From assembly GCF_006345805.1 (NCBI RefSeq), contig NC_043010.1, positions 56,730,001 through 56,794,000 of the forward strand: a stretch of DNA of 64,000 bases, read 5' to 3'. Numbering within the stretch: position 1 is the stretch's first letter; each line of letters opens with the position of its first letter. The notes beneath the pieces are model-generated. The model made no database searches. It was not told the origin of the DNA and saw nothing but the letters and a program-made list of their open reading frames with translations. A program made the translations under genes and the position numbers. The DNA is from Octopus sinensis. Taxonomy: Eukaryota. Shown piece after piece: positions 22,506-34,865 of the stretch.

Positions 22506-22621
22506 CAATACACACACACACACACACATGTATATATATATAAAACATACGACATAACGTATACTGAGTGTAAAACACAGAAGGGCCCTAATTCTTCATC
22601 AGTTGTCAACCAATTTCTAAT

Positions 22622-24670
22622 ACATGCATACCTCACCCTATGTCGTTAATTAGTTCCAGGAGACACGACTTACATCAAAAAATGACTTAAGTTGAATTGG
22701 CTTGGCCAAATTTACTTCTCTCTAGGCTAAACCAATAATAACTATTCCCAGTTCTGTACTTTATTTATGAAGGCATTTTAAATAATATATGGTTAATAAA
22801 AAACTATTTTAAGCTTACGAACAACTACTGTTTATTTTTTAATACAATACAGTAAAAAAAAAAGTAATCTAAATTTATGAATACAATTTGGCAGTGTTTA
22901 CCGTACATCATGAACACTTTATTTATGAATGCAGTTTACAATAAGACATGGTAAAATAAAAGCCTTTTTTAAGCTTAAAATACAAATTCAGTAATTATTA
23001 TTTTGAAATAGTAAAAAAATCTAAATTATTTTAAATTTACCAATACGTACATACAATTTGGTGGTTCACATCACGGATGTAGATGGCTGTGGATCGTCAA
23101 CAGCAACAGCTGACTCTGGCTGTTTGTATTGTTTGATGCGGTTAAAAAAACCAGTTGAGAGTTCCTTGAACTGTCTTCTTCTTTTCCTTAAGGATTACAT
23201 TATAAGGAGCAAAAGCTTCATGACAAGCCTTAATCTTGGAAAAGTGTTGAGCATTTGGATCCATATCCTTGAACATAGAAAGACATTTTTCGATATATGC
23301 AAATGCTTGCTGCATTTTCTTAATGGTAAAGTGCCGCGATTTGGGTTCGACTTCCTCTTCTTCTTTATTTTGCTGCTTGTGAAGCTCTATCAAATCCTCA
23401 TTTGTCAGGGGCTGCTTGTCTTTTTCAAATAAATCTGTGAAATCCTCCTCCTCCAAATCCATTTCCAGTTCTTTGCTCTCAGCCACCAATGGTTTGTTGA
23501 TGGCAACATTATGAAACCCTTTAAAATCATTCACGAATTGCAGGCATAGCCTTCTCCATACACCATTCATAGCCGTTCTTTGTACATCATTCCATGCCGC
23601 TGCTATGTTCTGTACAGCCTTGTAGATATCGTATCTCTTCCAAAAGTCACAAAGTGTGATGGACTTATCAAGATTAGTTGCAGCTATTGCTTGCCACAAT
23701 GTACGCTTCATATAGTAACGCTTGAAGATAGCAATTATTCCCTGATCCATTAGCTCAGAAGAGATGTGGTGTTTGGAGGGAGGTATACGATGTTTTGCAG
23801 GTGCCCAGGAGCATTATCTAAGATAAGTAAAACCTTAAAAGGAATCCCCTTCTCCTTACAGTACTTCTCTGCTGCTTGGATAAAATAATTGAAGAACCAA
23901 TCTTCAAAAGCAACAACAGTAACCCATGCTTTTGAATTAGCCATCCATATAACAGGGAGAGATGCCTTGGGTATGTTCTTCAGAGCACAGGTATTGTGTG
24001 CATGGCTTCAACTTAAAATCTCTTGCATAATTCCTTCCCAACATAATGGTCACACGTTCTTTTGAGACCTTGTGTCCTGGAAGTTTTCTCCTCCTTGGAA
24101 ATGAATGAACGGTCTGGCAATTTTTTCCAATACAATCCAGTTTCATCTACATTAAAAATCTGTTTGGGAAGAAACCTGTTTTCTTCTCTGATTTTCTTTA
24201 ATGCATTAGGAAATTCCACTGCTGCTTGTTCATCAGCTGATGCACTTTCACCTTGATTCTTAATGGAGTGATAACTTCTTTGCTCCTTAAATCTCATGAA
24301 CCATCCTTGACTTGCCTTGAATTCTACATCTTTCTCATCTGGATATTTTTTCTTCTGGTCATCAAACAAAAATACAACGCTTTCTCTTGAATGATTTTTT
24401 TTGACTAATAGTAGCATACTGACAATTCAACCTAACAATCCAAAGAGAAAGAAATCTTTCCATTTCTTCAAAGATTTTGCTTCTTTTCTTATTGATGACA
24501 GTGTTCTTCATCCCTGGGACTTCAGATTTGATAGGTGCTAAAATCTTGTCCTTATGTACAATTGTTGATACAGTTGTCTATCTCATCTCAAAAGATCATG
24601 CAATTGCTACCACTTTTTCACTTTTTCCATAGCATTTTATCCCAGCCAGTTTATCTTCCAGCATTATAGC
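22622..24670 (-). mobile_element. Tigger/pogo-type DNA transposon, decayed transposase
   Basis: N-terminal LEDKLAGIK..STIV HTH, EFKASQGWFMRFK (CENP-B-type), IFNVDETGLYWKK, LLILDNAPGH, PPNTTSLL..MDQGIIAIFKRYY; frameshifts; TIR-like catgcatacctc at ~22624. Confidence 0.9.
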
Positions 24671-24692
24671 ATGATGTCCATAGCACCTCTTA

Positions 24693-25928
24693 AGTGTAAG
24701 CTATGGACGCATAAGAAGTGCAGCAATATCAAAGGAAGGCTAACTAGGAAGATAGTTTTTGTATGTGGCAGATGCTCAGGAGCAATAAACACTGAAAATG
24801 AGCAGAGAACAACTTCCGCCACATTTCAGGGAGAAAAACTAGAAATAGTTGATAGCTTCCATTACCTAGGTGATCAAATCAGTAGCGGGGGCAGGTGTGC
24901 TGAAAGTGTAACTGCTAGAGTAAGAATAGCCTGGGCAAAGTTCAGAGAGCTCTTACCTCTGCTGGTGACAAAAGGCCTCTAGCTCAGAGTAAAAGGTAGA
25001 CTGTATGATGCATGTGTATGAACAGCCATGCTACATGGCAGTGAAACATGGGCTGTGACTGCTGAGGATATGCGTAAGCTTGCAAGATATGAAGCCAGTA
25101 TGCTCTGCTGGATGTGTAATGTCAGTGTTCATACTCGACAGAGTGTAGGTACCTTGAGAGAAAAGTTGGACCTAAGAAGCATCAGTTGTGGTGTGCAAGA
25201 GAGATGTTTGCGCTGGTATGGTCATGTGGCGAGAATGGATGAAGATAGTTGTGTAAAAAAGTGCCACACCCTAGCGGTTGAGGGAACCTGTGGAAGAGGT
25301 AGACCCAGGAAAACCTGGGATGAGGTGGTGAAGCATGACCTTCGAACTTTAGGTCTCACCGAGGAAATGACTAGAGACTGAGACCTTTGGAAGTATGCTG
25401 TGCGTGAGAAGACCCGGCAGGACAAGTGAGACCATAACCCGTGGGCTCTACCTGGGATGTAGCCAGTCCACTTATGCATACCTTTCCTTCTTGGGACACA
25501 AAACTCTACTTGTGAAGACCTGTTGAGGCAAGTGAAAATCAAAATCAAAATCAAAATCAAAATCGATCAACATCAATGGAAATTGTAGCTGTGATATCAG
25601 TGCTGGTGGCACGTAAGAGAACCATCCGAACGTGGCTTTTGCCAGCGCCGCCCCAACTGGCTTCCGTGCTGGTGGCATGTAAAAAGCACCATCCGTCCAT
25701 GGCCGTCTGCCAGCCTCGTCCGGCACCTGTGCCAGTGGCACGTAAAAAGCACCCACTACACTCACGGAGCGGTTGGCCTTAGGAAGGGCATCCAGCTGTA
25801 GAAACACTGCCATATCAGACTGGGCCTGGTGCAGCCTTCTGGCTTCCCAGACCCCAGTTGAACCGTCCAACCCATGCTAGCATGGAAAGCGGACGTTAAA
25901 CGACGACGACGATGATGATGATGATGAT
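24693..25928 (+). mobile_element. 5'-truncated RTE LINE
   Basis: Begins inside the PHD finger (CKLWTHKKC..CGRC); 3' UTR with (AAAATC)n and 66/63-bp units; (GAC/GAT)n tail. Confidence 0.92.
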
Positions 25929-26164
25929 GCTTAGCACTTTCACTATGAATTTTCTTAGGAGCTATGGGGAAAAAAAATAAAGTCACAAATAAATGAGAAT
26001 GAGAAAGTAGCCGATAAACAAACAGACGTAAATAAACATAGAAGATTGATGGAAAGGTGGGTGCTAGAAGATGAGTGGTGGGGAAGGTTTGACAGAACCT
26101 TAGTTGTGTTGAGATAGATGGGTCAAGCACAATACATCACCGTTCATCCCAGTCCCCTCTCATC

Positions 26165-28940
26165 TCCTATGAGAGGCTCAACATCTTGAGGCTAGTGTTC
26201 ACCACCATATTTCATGTCTTTTTAGGTCTTCCTCTTCCACAGTCCTCCTCCTTTCCACATTTAGTGACCAACACTTCTTTATACAGCTGTCCTTATCCAT
26301 CTGCATCACATAACCATATGAGTGCAGTCTTTCCTGATGCACACATTCAATGCCTCTTACATCAATTATTTTGTTTAGCACACTTGTACTTTATCTTACA
26401 TGTACATTGACACTGCACATTCATTGGCATATTCTAGTTTCATATCTTGCCAGTCTTTGCATGACCTCAGCATTCACAGTCCAAGTTGCACATGCACGGA
26501 GCATTGTTGCTTGTATACAAGCATCAATCACATTGAGAGAAAGAGACCTTTTGTTACCAACAAAGGTAAAATATTTCTGAACTTTTCACCAGCCAGTTCT
26601 TATTCTAGCAACTATATTTTCAGAAGATCCTCCTCCCACTGCTAATTAGGTCAGTACATAAAAAAAACCCTCTACATTTAGGGAGCACCTGGTCATTTCA
26701 GAACATCTAATTCCCATGTGCTTTTGTTATTTATTGCATCTGCACATCTGCCACAAACAAATTCTACTTTCTCTGTTAACCCTCCTATCATTCTACTGCA
26801 CCTCTTATGTGTCCATAGTCTGTATTGAGTACCCCACATGGAATTTCTGCCTACATCTTCTCTACATATAGAACAAGGCCATTTTCTGCTAAGTAGAACT
26901 TTGGTCTTTCCTCAGTTAACTTTAAGATCCTTTGATTTCAGGTTTTGTTTGTACACTTGGAATTTTAATTCTAATTCCCCTACAGTTTCAGCCATAAGAA
27001 CAAGATTATCAGCAAAGAGGAATTCTCTTGGGTAACCAGTCTTAAATTTCTCTGTTATCATTTGGAGGACTATGGTAAATAAGAGGAGACTGATAACTGA
27101 ACCCTGGCTAATTCTTACTTGCACACTAAATTAATTGTTGTTTTCATTGTTAACTCTTACTTTGTTAACAGCATCCCTGTACATGGCTTGAACTGCTCTC
27201 ACTAGCCATTCATCTACTTCTAACTTCCGCAGTGGCCAACAGATGAGTGATCAAAGCACTCTGTCAAAGGTTTTTTTCAAGATCAATGAATGCTAAGTAC
27301 AATGGTTTGCTTTTTGTTAAATACTTCTTGTACAGTTGCCAAACTATAAAGAGAGCATCAGTTGTGCTTTTCCCTAGCATGGAAATCTAGAGAAAATCTG
27401 CATCTCATCTAGGTTAACTCTCTTTCTAATAAACTGAGTTATGACTCTTTCAGTGACTTCTATAATCTGGCCCAGTAATTTGATACCTCTTTAATAACTT
27501 CTTTGTAAGGCATCTCCTGTACCCTTGCAACCATTGACTACAGTGCTGCCACACCAATCACTGGATATGATATATTCCTGTGCAACCTAATGAACTATAC
27601 AAGTGACTAGGTTGTACCATACACTACCAGATATTTAAAGCATTTCAGAGGTAATTCCTGATGGATCAGAGATTTTCCCAGATTTCATATTCGTAATTGC
27701 TTTATCTATAACACCGCAGTCAACACAAATGGCTAGACCCTTTGTCAGGTGTACATTAGGAAAACTCTCTCTCCCATACATTCTCCACTTTTAATAACTT
27801 TTTCTAATAGCACTTCCATGCATCCTTCTTTTCAGAATCATTAAGTGCAAATATGTCATCATCCTTCTGCACACACTTCTCTCCCACATCTTGGTTTTCT
27901 CTAATACACTGCCTTGAAATTCAGAACACTTCAATATCTTTGGTCATCATGGTGAAGAACATTGGCAAATCTCGTCTTTTCTGCCCTTCCCCTTACTAAT
28001 TAGACCTGTTTCCTAGTTTCTCTTCTAGCCACCTGGTAAAGTTTTGCCAAACCTTCCTCTTCTACCGCTACATCACCCTTGGTCTGGCTGGAATTTTGCA
28101 CTGGCCAGAAATTTGGTCTGTAGCCCTCAGTAGATTTTCACTTAAGAACTTCCAATTGTCCTCTATGCTATATATCTCTAATTTCTCCTCCTTTTTGTCA
28201 AATGCTTTAATTAGTATGTCTCCAAATCTCTGACTGTTTAAAGGATCATTAATCTTCCAGGTTGTCCTTTTTCAGTGGATTTGTTTCTCTGTGACTTTCT
28301 GGCTGTAAGCCTGAAATCACTACTCACCTATGTTGAAGTACATTCTTCATTAGGAAAGGACTTTGCATTAATTATTATCTACTTAACCTACATATTTCCT
28401 AGTAAGAATGTATCAATCTGGCTTTTATGCCCACCAGATAGATTTGTTGGTGATCAAGTCACTGGTAGGCTTCCTGAAGTTAGAGTTGCGGATCAAAGTA
28501 TTCTGGCAGCCTTGTTCCCTTCTCATTTCTGGAACCAAAGCCATAACCTCCATGTCCTCCATGAAATCCATTGAAATCAGCATGTTTTTGTCATCTGCCA
28601 TCGAAGTAATCTTCAGAAGAGTCTCATAGAAGTCGTCCTTCAATTTATCTATCAATCAGCTTGTGGGCCTTATGCTGATGTAGATGTTACTGTTGTATAA
28701 TCTAATACTAATCTTAGCTTAACACTCCTATCACAAACTCTTACTATCTCAATCACTTTATCTACCCATTTCTCTGCTAAGAGTATGCCTACACCACTCA
28801 CACCTTCACTGCTACATATCTAGAAGAGTTTCTATCTACGTTTCCTGTTCACGAGGAGTCTTGTACAGGCTCCTGTTCATCTTATCTCTTGTACACAGCT
28901 CACATCTACATGTCTGCACTCTAACATTTCAACAATACAT
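26165..28940 (-). pseudogene. Old, nearly full ORF2 of the RTE family including the APE endonuclease region
   Basis: IVEMLECRHVDVSCVQEIR, GVGILLAEKW and KDDFYETL..FRKPTS (APE) at 28400-28940; RT motifs at 26900-27500; heavily decayed. Confidence 0.8.
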
Positions 28941-29165
28941 ATCATCATCATTGTCATGATCATTTAATGTCCATTTTCCTCACGGTCAAGAGTTGGACAG
29001 TCTGATAGTATCTGGTGAGTCTAAGACCATGTTGTACTACTGTGTCAGATTTTGCATGGTTTTTACAATTGGATACCCTTCCTAATGCTAACCACTTTAC
29101 AGTGTATTCTGGGTGATTTTTTGTGCCACTGGCATTAGTAGAGTTGTCAAGTAGCTTGCAAGGTA
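28941..29165 (-). mobile_element. RTE-type tail-only copy
   Basis: atcatcatcatt..tttaatgtccattttcc..ttggatacccttcctaatgctaaccac. Confidence 0.7.
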
Positions 29166-29395
29166 ATAAATGAACAGAAAGAAGGAAAAAAGTGGGAAAA
29201 GGAAAAGGAAAAGCCTCCTTAATTAAATGGGGTGGGGGTCAGTATTTGAGAAGAGTTGGGGCAATTGTTCTATGCCAGTTGTTGGGAAGCTAGAATTTGA
29301 TGGAAGAACAAGCTCATCACACTCTATCCTGTGGACATATATGTATATATGTATAAATGTGTGTGTGTATATGAATATGTGTATATGTGTGTGTA

Positions 29396-29590
29396 TATTG
29401 GGTTGGCCAAAATGTCAGTTCGGTTTTTATCAACACTAAATTTGAAGCCCCTAATAAAGTAGCTTACTTCAGTCAGTCTTTTGTGCATGTGCATTTGGAT
29501 GAGGTTTGACATTGATCCAAAATGCCTTTCAATGTCGCAGCATATCCCTTCAGCAACATCTTTTAACCACCAAGTGTCAAAGTGCATCCC
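29396..29590. mobile_element. Mariner-like terminal fragment
   Basis: tattgggttggccaaaatgtcagttcggttttt resembles mariner TIRs. Confidence 0.4.
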
Positions 29591-30680
29591 TTGACCAAGT
29601 TTGCATAGATGAGGCTGATAACATCACAAGACTTGGAAGGCAGCTCCTTGAGCAACATTCTACTGCAATGTATCATCAGATGAAAAGACGAGCCTATATG
29701 AGCAGAAGACTATGCATGGACATGTTAGTAGAAAGCTCCATGATGAGAGTAACATCGATCATCAAAGCAATCTATCATGGACCAATAGCCGGATTACTAC
29801 CTCCCACTTTGAAGGATGTGCATTTGAAATCCAGGAACAGGAAATATCAACCAAGTACCTGATGTACAAAAGGGATAGAGATGCAGGAAGAACAGTAAAA
29901 TGTGACAACTGATGCAGACTTTGTAGAGTTAACACCGAAGATATCAGCCACATCATAAGCAGTTGTCTGAAAATGTCATCTCAGTATTATCTATCGATGA
30001 GACATGATGTTGTAGCTAGGACACTCTGTAATGAAATCCATCAAAAGGATAACCCCAAAGACAAAGAAATAAGAGCCCACAGTATGGTAAAGCCATAGCC
30101 ACCTATAAAAAAGGAGTACTGGTGGAATGTCCCAGTGAATACCTCAATAAAATGTAAGCACAACAGACCTGATATAATGATTTGCAATAGAGAAGAGAAA
30201 CTGTGTACAGTTGTGGAAATGAGCTGCTCAGGGGATGTTAACATAAAACTGAAGATCAATGAAAAAGAGAACACCTATGCTGAACTATTGAGAAATCTGC
30301 AGTTACTCTATCCAGATTACAAGTTTGGGTTTATACCTGAAATTATTGGGGCCCTGGGATATATAACACGTTGCCTAAATACCAATCTTGAGAAATTAGG
30401 CTTCTCAAAACCAGAAAGGAGACTACAGATCCAATTCATCACTGGAACTGTAAAAATCTGTAAAACTTTCCAGAAGTTTATCATTTAAATATATATGAGC
30501 ATGTCTAGATATGCAACTATACGCAAGAGAATATATACATAAAACATACAAATCTGCACATACATACATACATACGTACATACGTGTATACACACACACA
30601 CACACACACACACATACATACATAAATACATACATACCCTGTTGTTGATGTTGAAATTCCAATGAACGAGTCTGAATAAG
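29590..30680 (+). mobile_element. R4/Dong-type RLE retrotransposon, 3' fragment
   Basis: CRLCRVNTEDISHIISSC (CCHC), MRHDVVA, YWWNVPV, KHNRPDIMI, VEMSC..D..K, IIGALG..TVKICKTF; 3' UTR with (CATA)n. Confidence 0.85.
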
Positions 30681-30700
30681 GACATACAAACATACATACA

Positions 30701-31105
30701 CTGAACTATTGAGAAATTTGCAGCTACTCTATCCAGATTACAAGTTCAGGTTTATACTTGTAATTATTGGGGCACTGGAATATATGACACACTGCCTAAA
30801 TACCAATCTTGAGAAATTAGGCTTCTCAGAATCAGAAAGAAGACTACAGATCCAATTCATCACTGGAACTGTAAAAATCTGTAAAACTTTCTAGAAGTTT
30901 ATCATTGAAGTATATATGAGCACGTCTAGATATGCAACTATACGCAAGAGAATATATACAGAAAACAAAACATACAAATCTGCATGTATACATACATACA
31001 TACATACATACATACCCTGTTGATGTTGTTGAAATTCCAATGACGGAGCCTTGAATCTAAGTTAGATCCCTATTGGCAAGAAATCTTGAAATAAAACTGA
31101 ATAAT
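30701..31105 (+). repeat. Tandem second copy of the R4/Dong 3' end (homologous to 30280-30680)
   Basis: ctgaactattgagaaat starts at 30280 and 30701 (421-bp offset); roughly 90% identical, includes ORF end and UTR. Confidence 0.9.
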
Positions 31106-31182
31106 GGCAGGCAAGCAGGAAGGTAGGCAGGCAGACAGGCAGCAGACATACGTACAAAAATACATACATATATACATAATAG

Positions 31183-31816
31183 CAGTCGGAGCTCTCCTCT
31201 TACAACAAAGCACGTGGAATTCTGTTCTTGACGGTCATTCGGAATGCTCACAGCAGCCATATTCCTACCACTCTATGTCACGCTGGTGAGACCCATATTG
31301 GAGTATGGGATTCAAGCCTCTTCTCCTTATCTCCTTAAAGACATACAGCATCTCGAAAGAGTCCAGAAGCTGGCTACCCGCATGGTTCATGGTCTCAAAA
31401 ATTTGTCCTACGAAGAAAGGCTGAGGACGCTCGACCTTTATTCTCTTGAAAAACGCCGCCGCCGTGGCGATCTCATTCTCGCCCACAACATCATAAGCGG
31501 AAAGTGTAACCTCTCGAAAGAGCTGTTCTTCACTCCTGCTCCAGAGCGTCGGCTGCGGGGTCATTCCGAAAAGCTCTACCTGCGACGATTTCATCTCAAT
31601 CGAAGGAGAGGAGCTTTCTCCGTCCGGGTTGCGGATCCGTGGAACAAGCTGCCAGACGAGATGGTGAAGATGCCGACGACCGCTTTGTTCAAAGCCTCCC
31701 TTGACCTCAAGTGGCCTGAACTCTTTACATGAACACCACCCTGTACTTAACTCCATATCCCCCTACATGGCCTTGCTATTTGCTTTTGAGCCAAATTAAC
31801 TAACTAACTAACTAAC
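31183..31816 (+). mobile_element. Young 5'-truncated CR1-clade LINE with (AACT)n tail; uninterrupted 162-aa ORF 31244-31732
   Basis: LYVTLVRPILEYGIQASSPY..LERVQKLATRMV..YEERLRTLDLYSLEKRRRRGDLI..RGH..FSVRVADPWNKLP; CpG-rich. Confidence 0.92.
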
Positions 31817-33122
31817 AAAACAATATCCTACTATGCAATTGCAGTACCAATGCTGATCCCAACATTTGGGATACTTGATTGGTCTGTAGAGGAAATCCAC
31901 TCCATAGATATTGAAACCCACAAAATGCTGACAACTGGGAACTTCCACAGAAACAGTGATGTTGACAGGTTCTACCTTAGAAGAAATGAAGGTGGTAGAG
32001 GCTTGAGATCAGTGCAGACAGCCTTTGAATCCCTATGGTGTCACTCAGGCAGCACCTGATAAACAACAGCAGCAAAAATGAATATATAAATGCAGTGCTG
32101 GAAAGTGAAATGAGCGACATTGTACGAGTCGGAAGTGAACTCCTCAAGAAATACTCTCTTCCTGATGATCTCCTCTATGGCCCCAAAATAGCTGGGCTCT
32201 CTTACCTCAGAGAAGACCTGAATGGAAAGCGCTCGGCATACAAAAAAAAAAGACCATACTTGGGTGTGTTGCCCAGAAGCTTGAAGAAGACAGTAAGAAA
32301 TGACACGGAGTGCAGCCTCTCTTGGACACAAGACCACTACATCACATCACAATTTGGAGGCTATGCATTTGCAATCCAGGAACAGGAGATTGCCACAAAG
32401 TACCTGGTGAACAAGAGAGACAGTGACGCTCTTGTAATCCCAAGGTGAAACTGCATCATGTTTCTGTGGAAGATATTACGCATATGATTCGCAGCTGTCC
32501 TAAAATGTTGTCATGGTACTACTTCCCTATGCGGCATGATGTTGTTGCTAAAACAATTTACAATGCCATTCGCAGAAAAGACTGTCCTGAAATAAACTTA
32601 GAAAATCCCTCTGTTATGGATTACATTCATAAACGCCAACTCAAGGAATACTGGTGGAATATTCCCATCAAAACTTCTGTCAAATGTAAGCACGACAGGC
32701 CAGATATTGTTGTTTGGGAGAGAGGGGCAAAGCTATGTACCATCATAGAGGTTAGCTGCCCGGCAGATATAAATATCTCTCTGAAAATCAAAGAAGAGGA
32801 TATCTATGGACAACTGCTTCGAAACCTCCAGTTTCTATATCCAGACTATGAATTCATATTCATACCAATAATAATTGGAGCACTAGGTTTTGTTAGTAAA
32901 TACTTAAAGGAGAATCTGGATAAATTGGGATTTTCAGAAAGAGAAATTGACTGGCTGATCTGTACATTACAAGTCCAATCTGTGAGTGGAACAGTAAAAA
33001 TATGCAAGACTTTTCTCAAGTTCAAATGTGAATTTGTCTGTGTTAATTACATCCCAAAGATGGATCCTTGTATCTTTGTTGGAAACCGGCTCCCTCCTCA
33101 GTGGAAGATTTATAATAATTAA
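31817..33122 (+). mobile_element. Second R4/Dong-type RLE retrotransposon subfamily, 3' fragment
   Basis: FGILDWSVEEI..DVDRFYLRRNEGGRGLRSV; HMIRSC..MRHDVVAK; KHDRPDIVVW; IEVSCPAD; IIGALG..TVKICKTF. Confidence 0.88.
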
Positions 33123-33644
33123 AAAAATAGATAGATAGGTAGGTAGGTAGGTAGGTAGATAGATACATACATACATAGACACACACACACACATACATAC
33201 ATACATATTTATTTATTTATTTATCATATATCACATATTAATTCTGCCATGTGGCCAAAAAAACTTTCCATGTCTGCAAATACTTGTGTTGTCATATATT
33301 TATGCTTTTGTTGCTGTTCTTGCTTTTACATTTTATATATTTTCTGATTCTCCTCATAACTCATCCTTTTTACCATTCTGTCCAAAGACCCTGTTTTTAT
33401 TGTAATTGTCTTATTCTGTCCTTCATATTCATTTATTTATACCCCCAGCAGCATTTTGCCATCGATATTACCAAACTGAACAATATCATTGATAAGACAT
33501 TGAAATTGTGATGATATTTGGTTGTTAAACAAATGAGACAAGAGATGAGCATGTCCATGTCCTTGTGTATTTTTTCCTGTTTCCTCTTTTGTTGACCTCA
33601 TGTGCAACATTTTATTATCTGTCTGTCTATCTATTTATCTGTGT

Positions 33645-34080
33645 GTGATCATCATCATCATCATTTTAATATCCACTTTCCATGCTTGCTTTGGTGGGCC
33701 AGAATTTGTTGGAATGGATTTTCTATGGCTAGATGCCTCTTCTGTTGCCAACTCTCACCTGTTTCCAGTTAAGTTAATATTTCCCCATGACCAGAAGTGA
33801 TGTCATTCATTTCCAATTTTCCATGGAAAATTCAAAAAACAAATGACACCACTTGCATGATGATAACACATGCTTACCACCATCATGTGATGTCAAGACT
33901 GTGAACACCCCTCCATGACTGGCTTCCTTTCAATTTATGTCTACCAAATCCACTTGCAAGGCTTTGGTTGGCTTGGGGCTATAGTACATGACACTTGGCC
34001 AAGGTGCCACATAATAGGATTGAACTTGAAACTATGTAGTTGGGAAGCAAACTTCATACTCAATAGCTATGCCAGCACCT
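33645..34080 (-). mobile_element. (GAT)n-tailed tail fragment (33645-33900) plus SINE family A head (33910-34080)
   Basis: catcatcatcattttaatatccactttccatg; ctaccaaatccacttgcaaggctttggttggc..acacttggccaaggtgccac. Confidence 0.7.
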
Positions 34081-34114
34081 ACTATACATACACACACACA
34101 CATGCGCGCATGCA

Positions 34115-34155
<41 letters not shown>

Positions 34156-34865
34156 CATTTCTTGGTTTAGTTATGGTTTAGCAGTGTGGAGTTTTTGAGT
34201 GTTTGGAAAATAAATTAGTTAGAGGGATATATCAATCAAAATGTTTGTAGGAAATTTTGTGGTATGGCTGGTGGCTACTTACATTGATTTAGAGTGAGAA
34301 GATTTGATTAACTAGTGAAGTAGAGATGCAGATGTGACTCCTGTGAACTTTCCTCTATGTGATAGCACTTGTGTATATCTGGTTTTACGTGAATGTGATG
34401 AGACTTGTGTATACTTTGGTGTGTGTAGGTTATAGTTGTAAAGATGATGAGCAGAGAAACCTGTTTGAAGTTGTAGGTGGGACAATAGATAAGTGACATT
34501 TAAAATATAAAAATATTCCTTTTTAACATTTAGAATATATGATAAATGTTAAATACGAGGTTCAACTAGATTTATGTTTTAATTTAATAACAATTTTCTT
34601 ATTTCTTTGTAGCTTTATCTGGAAGAAGAGGTAATGGCCATGGTCTTTGAGGGTTGTCCAAGACTGGTGAGATTGATGATGTTAATGTTCTGTTTTAACT
34701 GTTGCAAGTCTATGAGTACAGGAAAGAAATGCATGGTATTCCTGAGGACTGACATTCTGAAGAGTAGATAATGGTTAGTATGGGGGCCTTGGATGGGGTT
34801 TAAATACAACATGGTTAATGAGAAGAGATGAGTGGGTCATGGATCACCTGATGAGAGGTGACCTA

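Noticed and set aside
22596-22602. CUGAUGA (minus strand) followed by a small hairpin; a similar case at 34848-34854
   Set aside because: No GAAA or helix III downstream.
22622-24670. Domesticated TIGD/CENP-B-like host gene
   Set aside because: Multiple frameshifts and stops and a truncated 5' end indicate a dead transposon.
31265-31756. 163-aa minus-strand ORF (also 21128-21544 and 23058-23432 on the plus strand)
   Set aside because: Antisense shadows of transposon ORFs with no independent motif.
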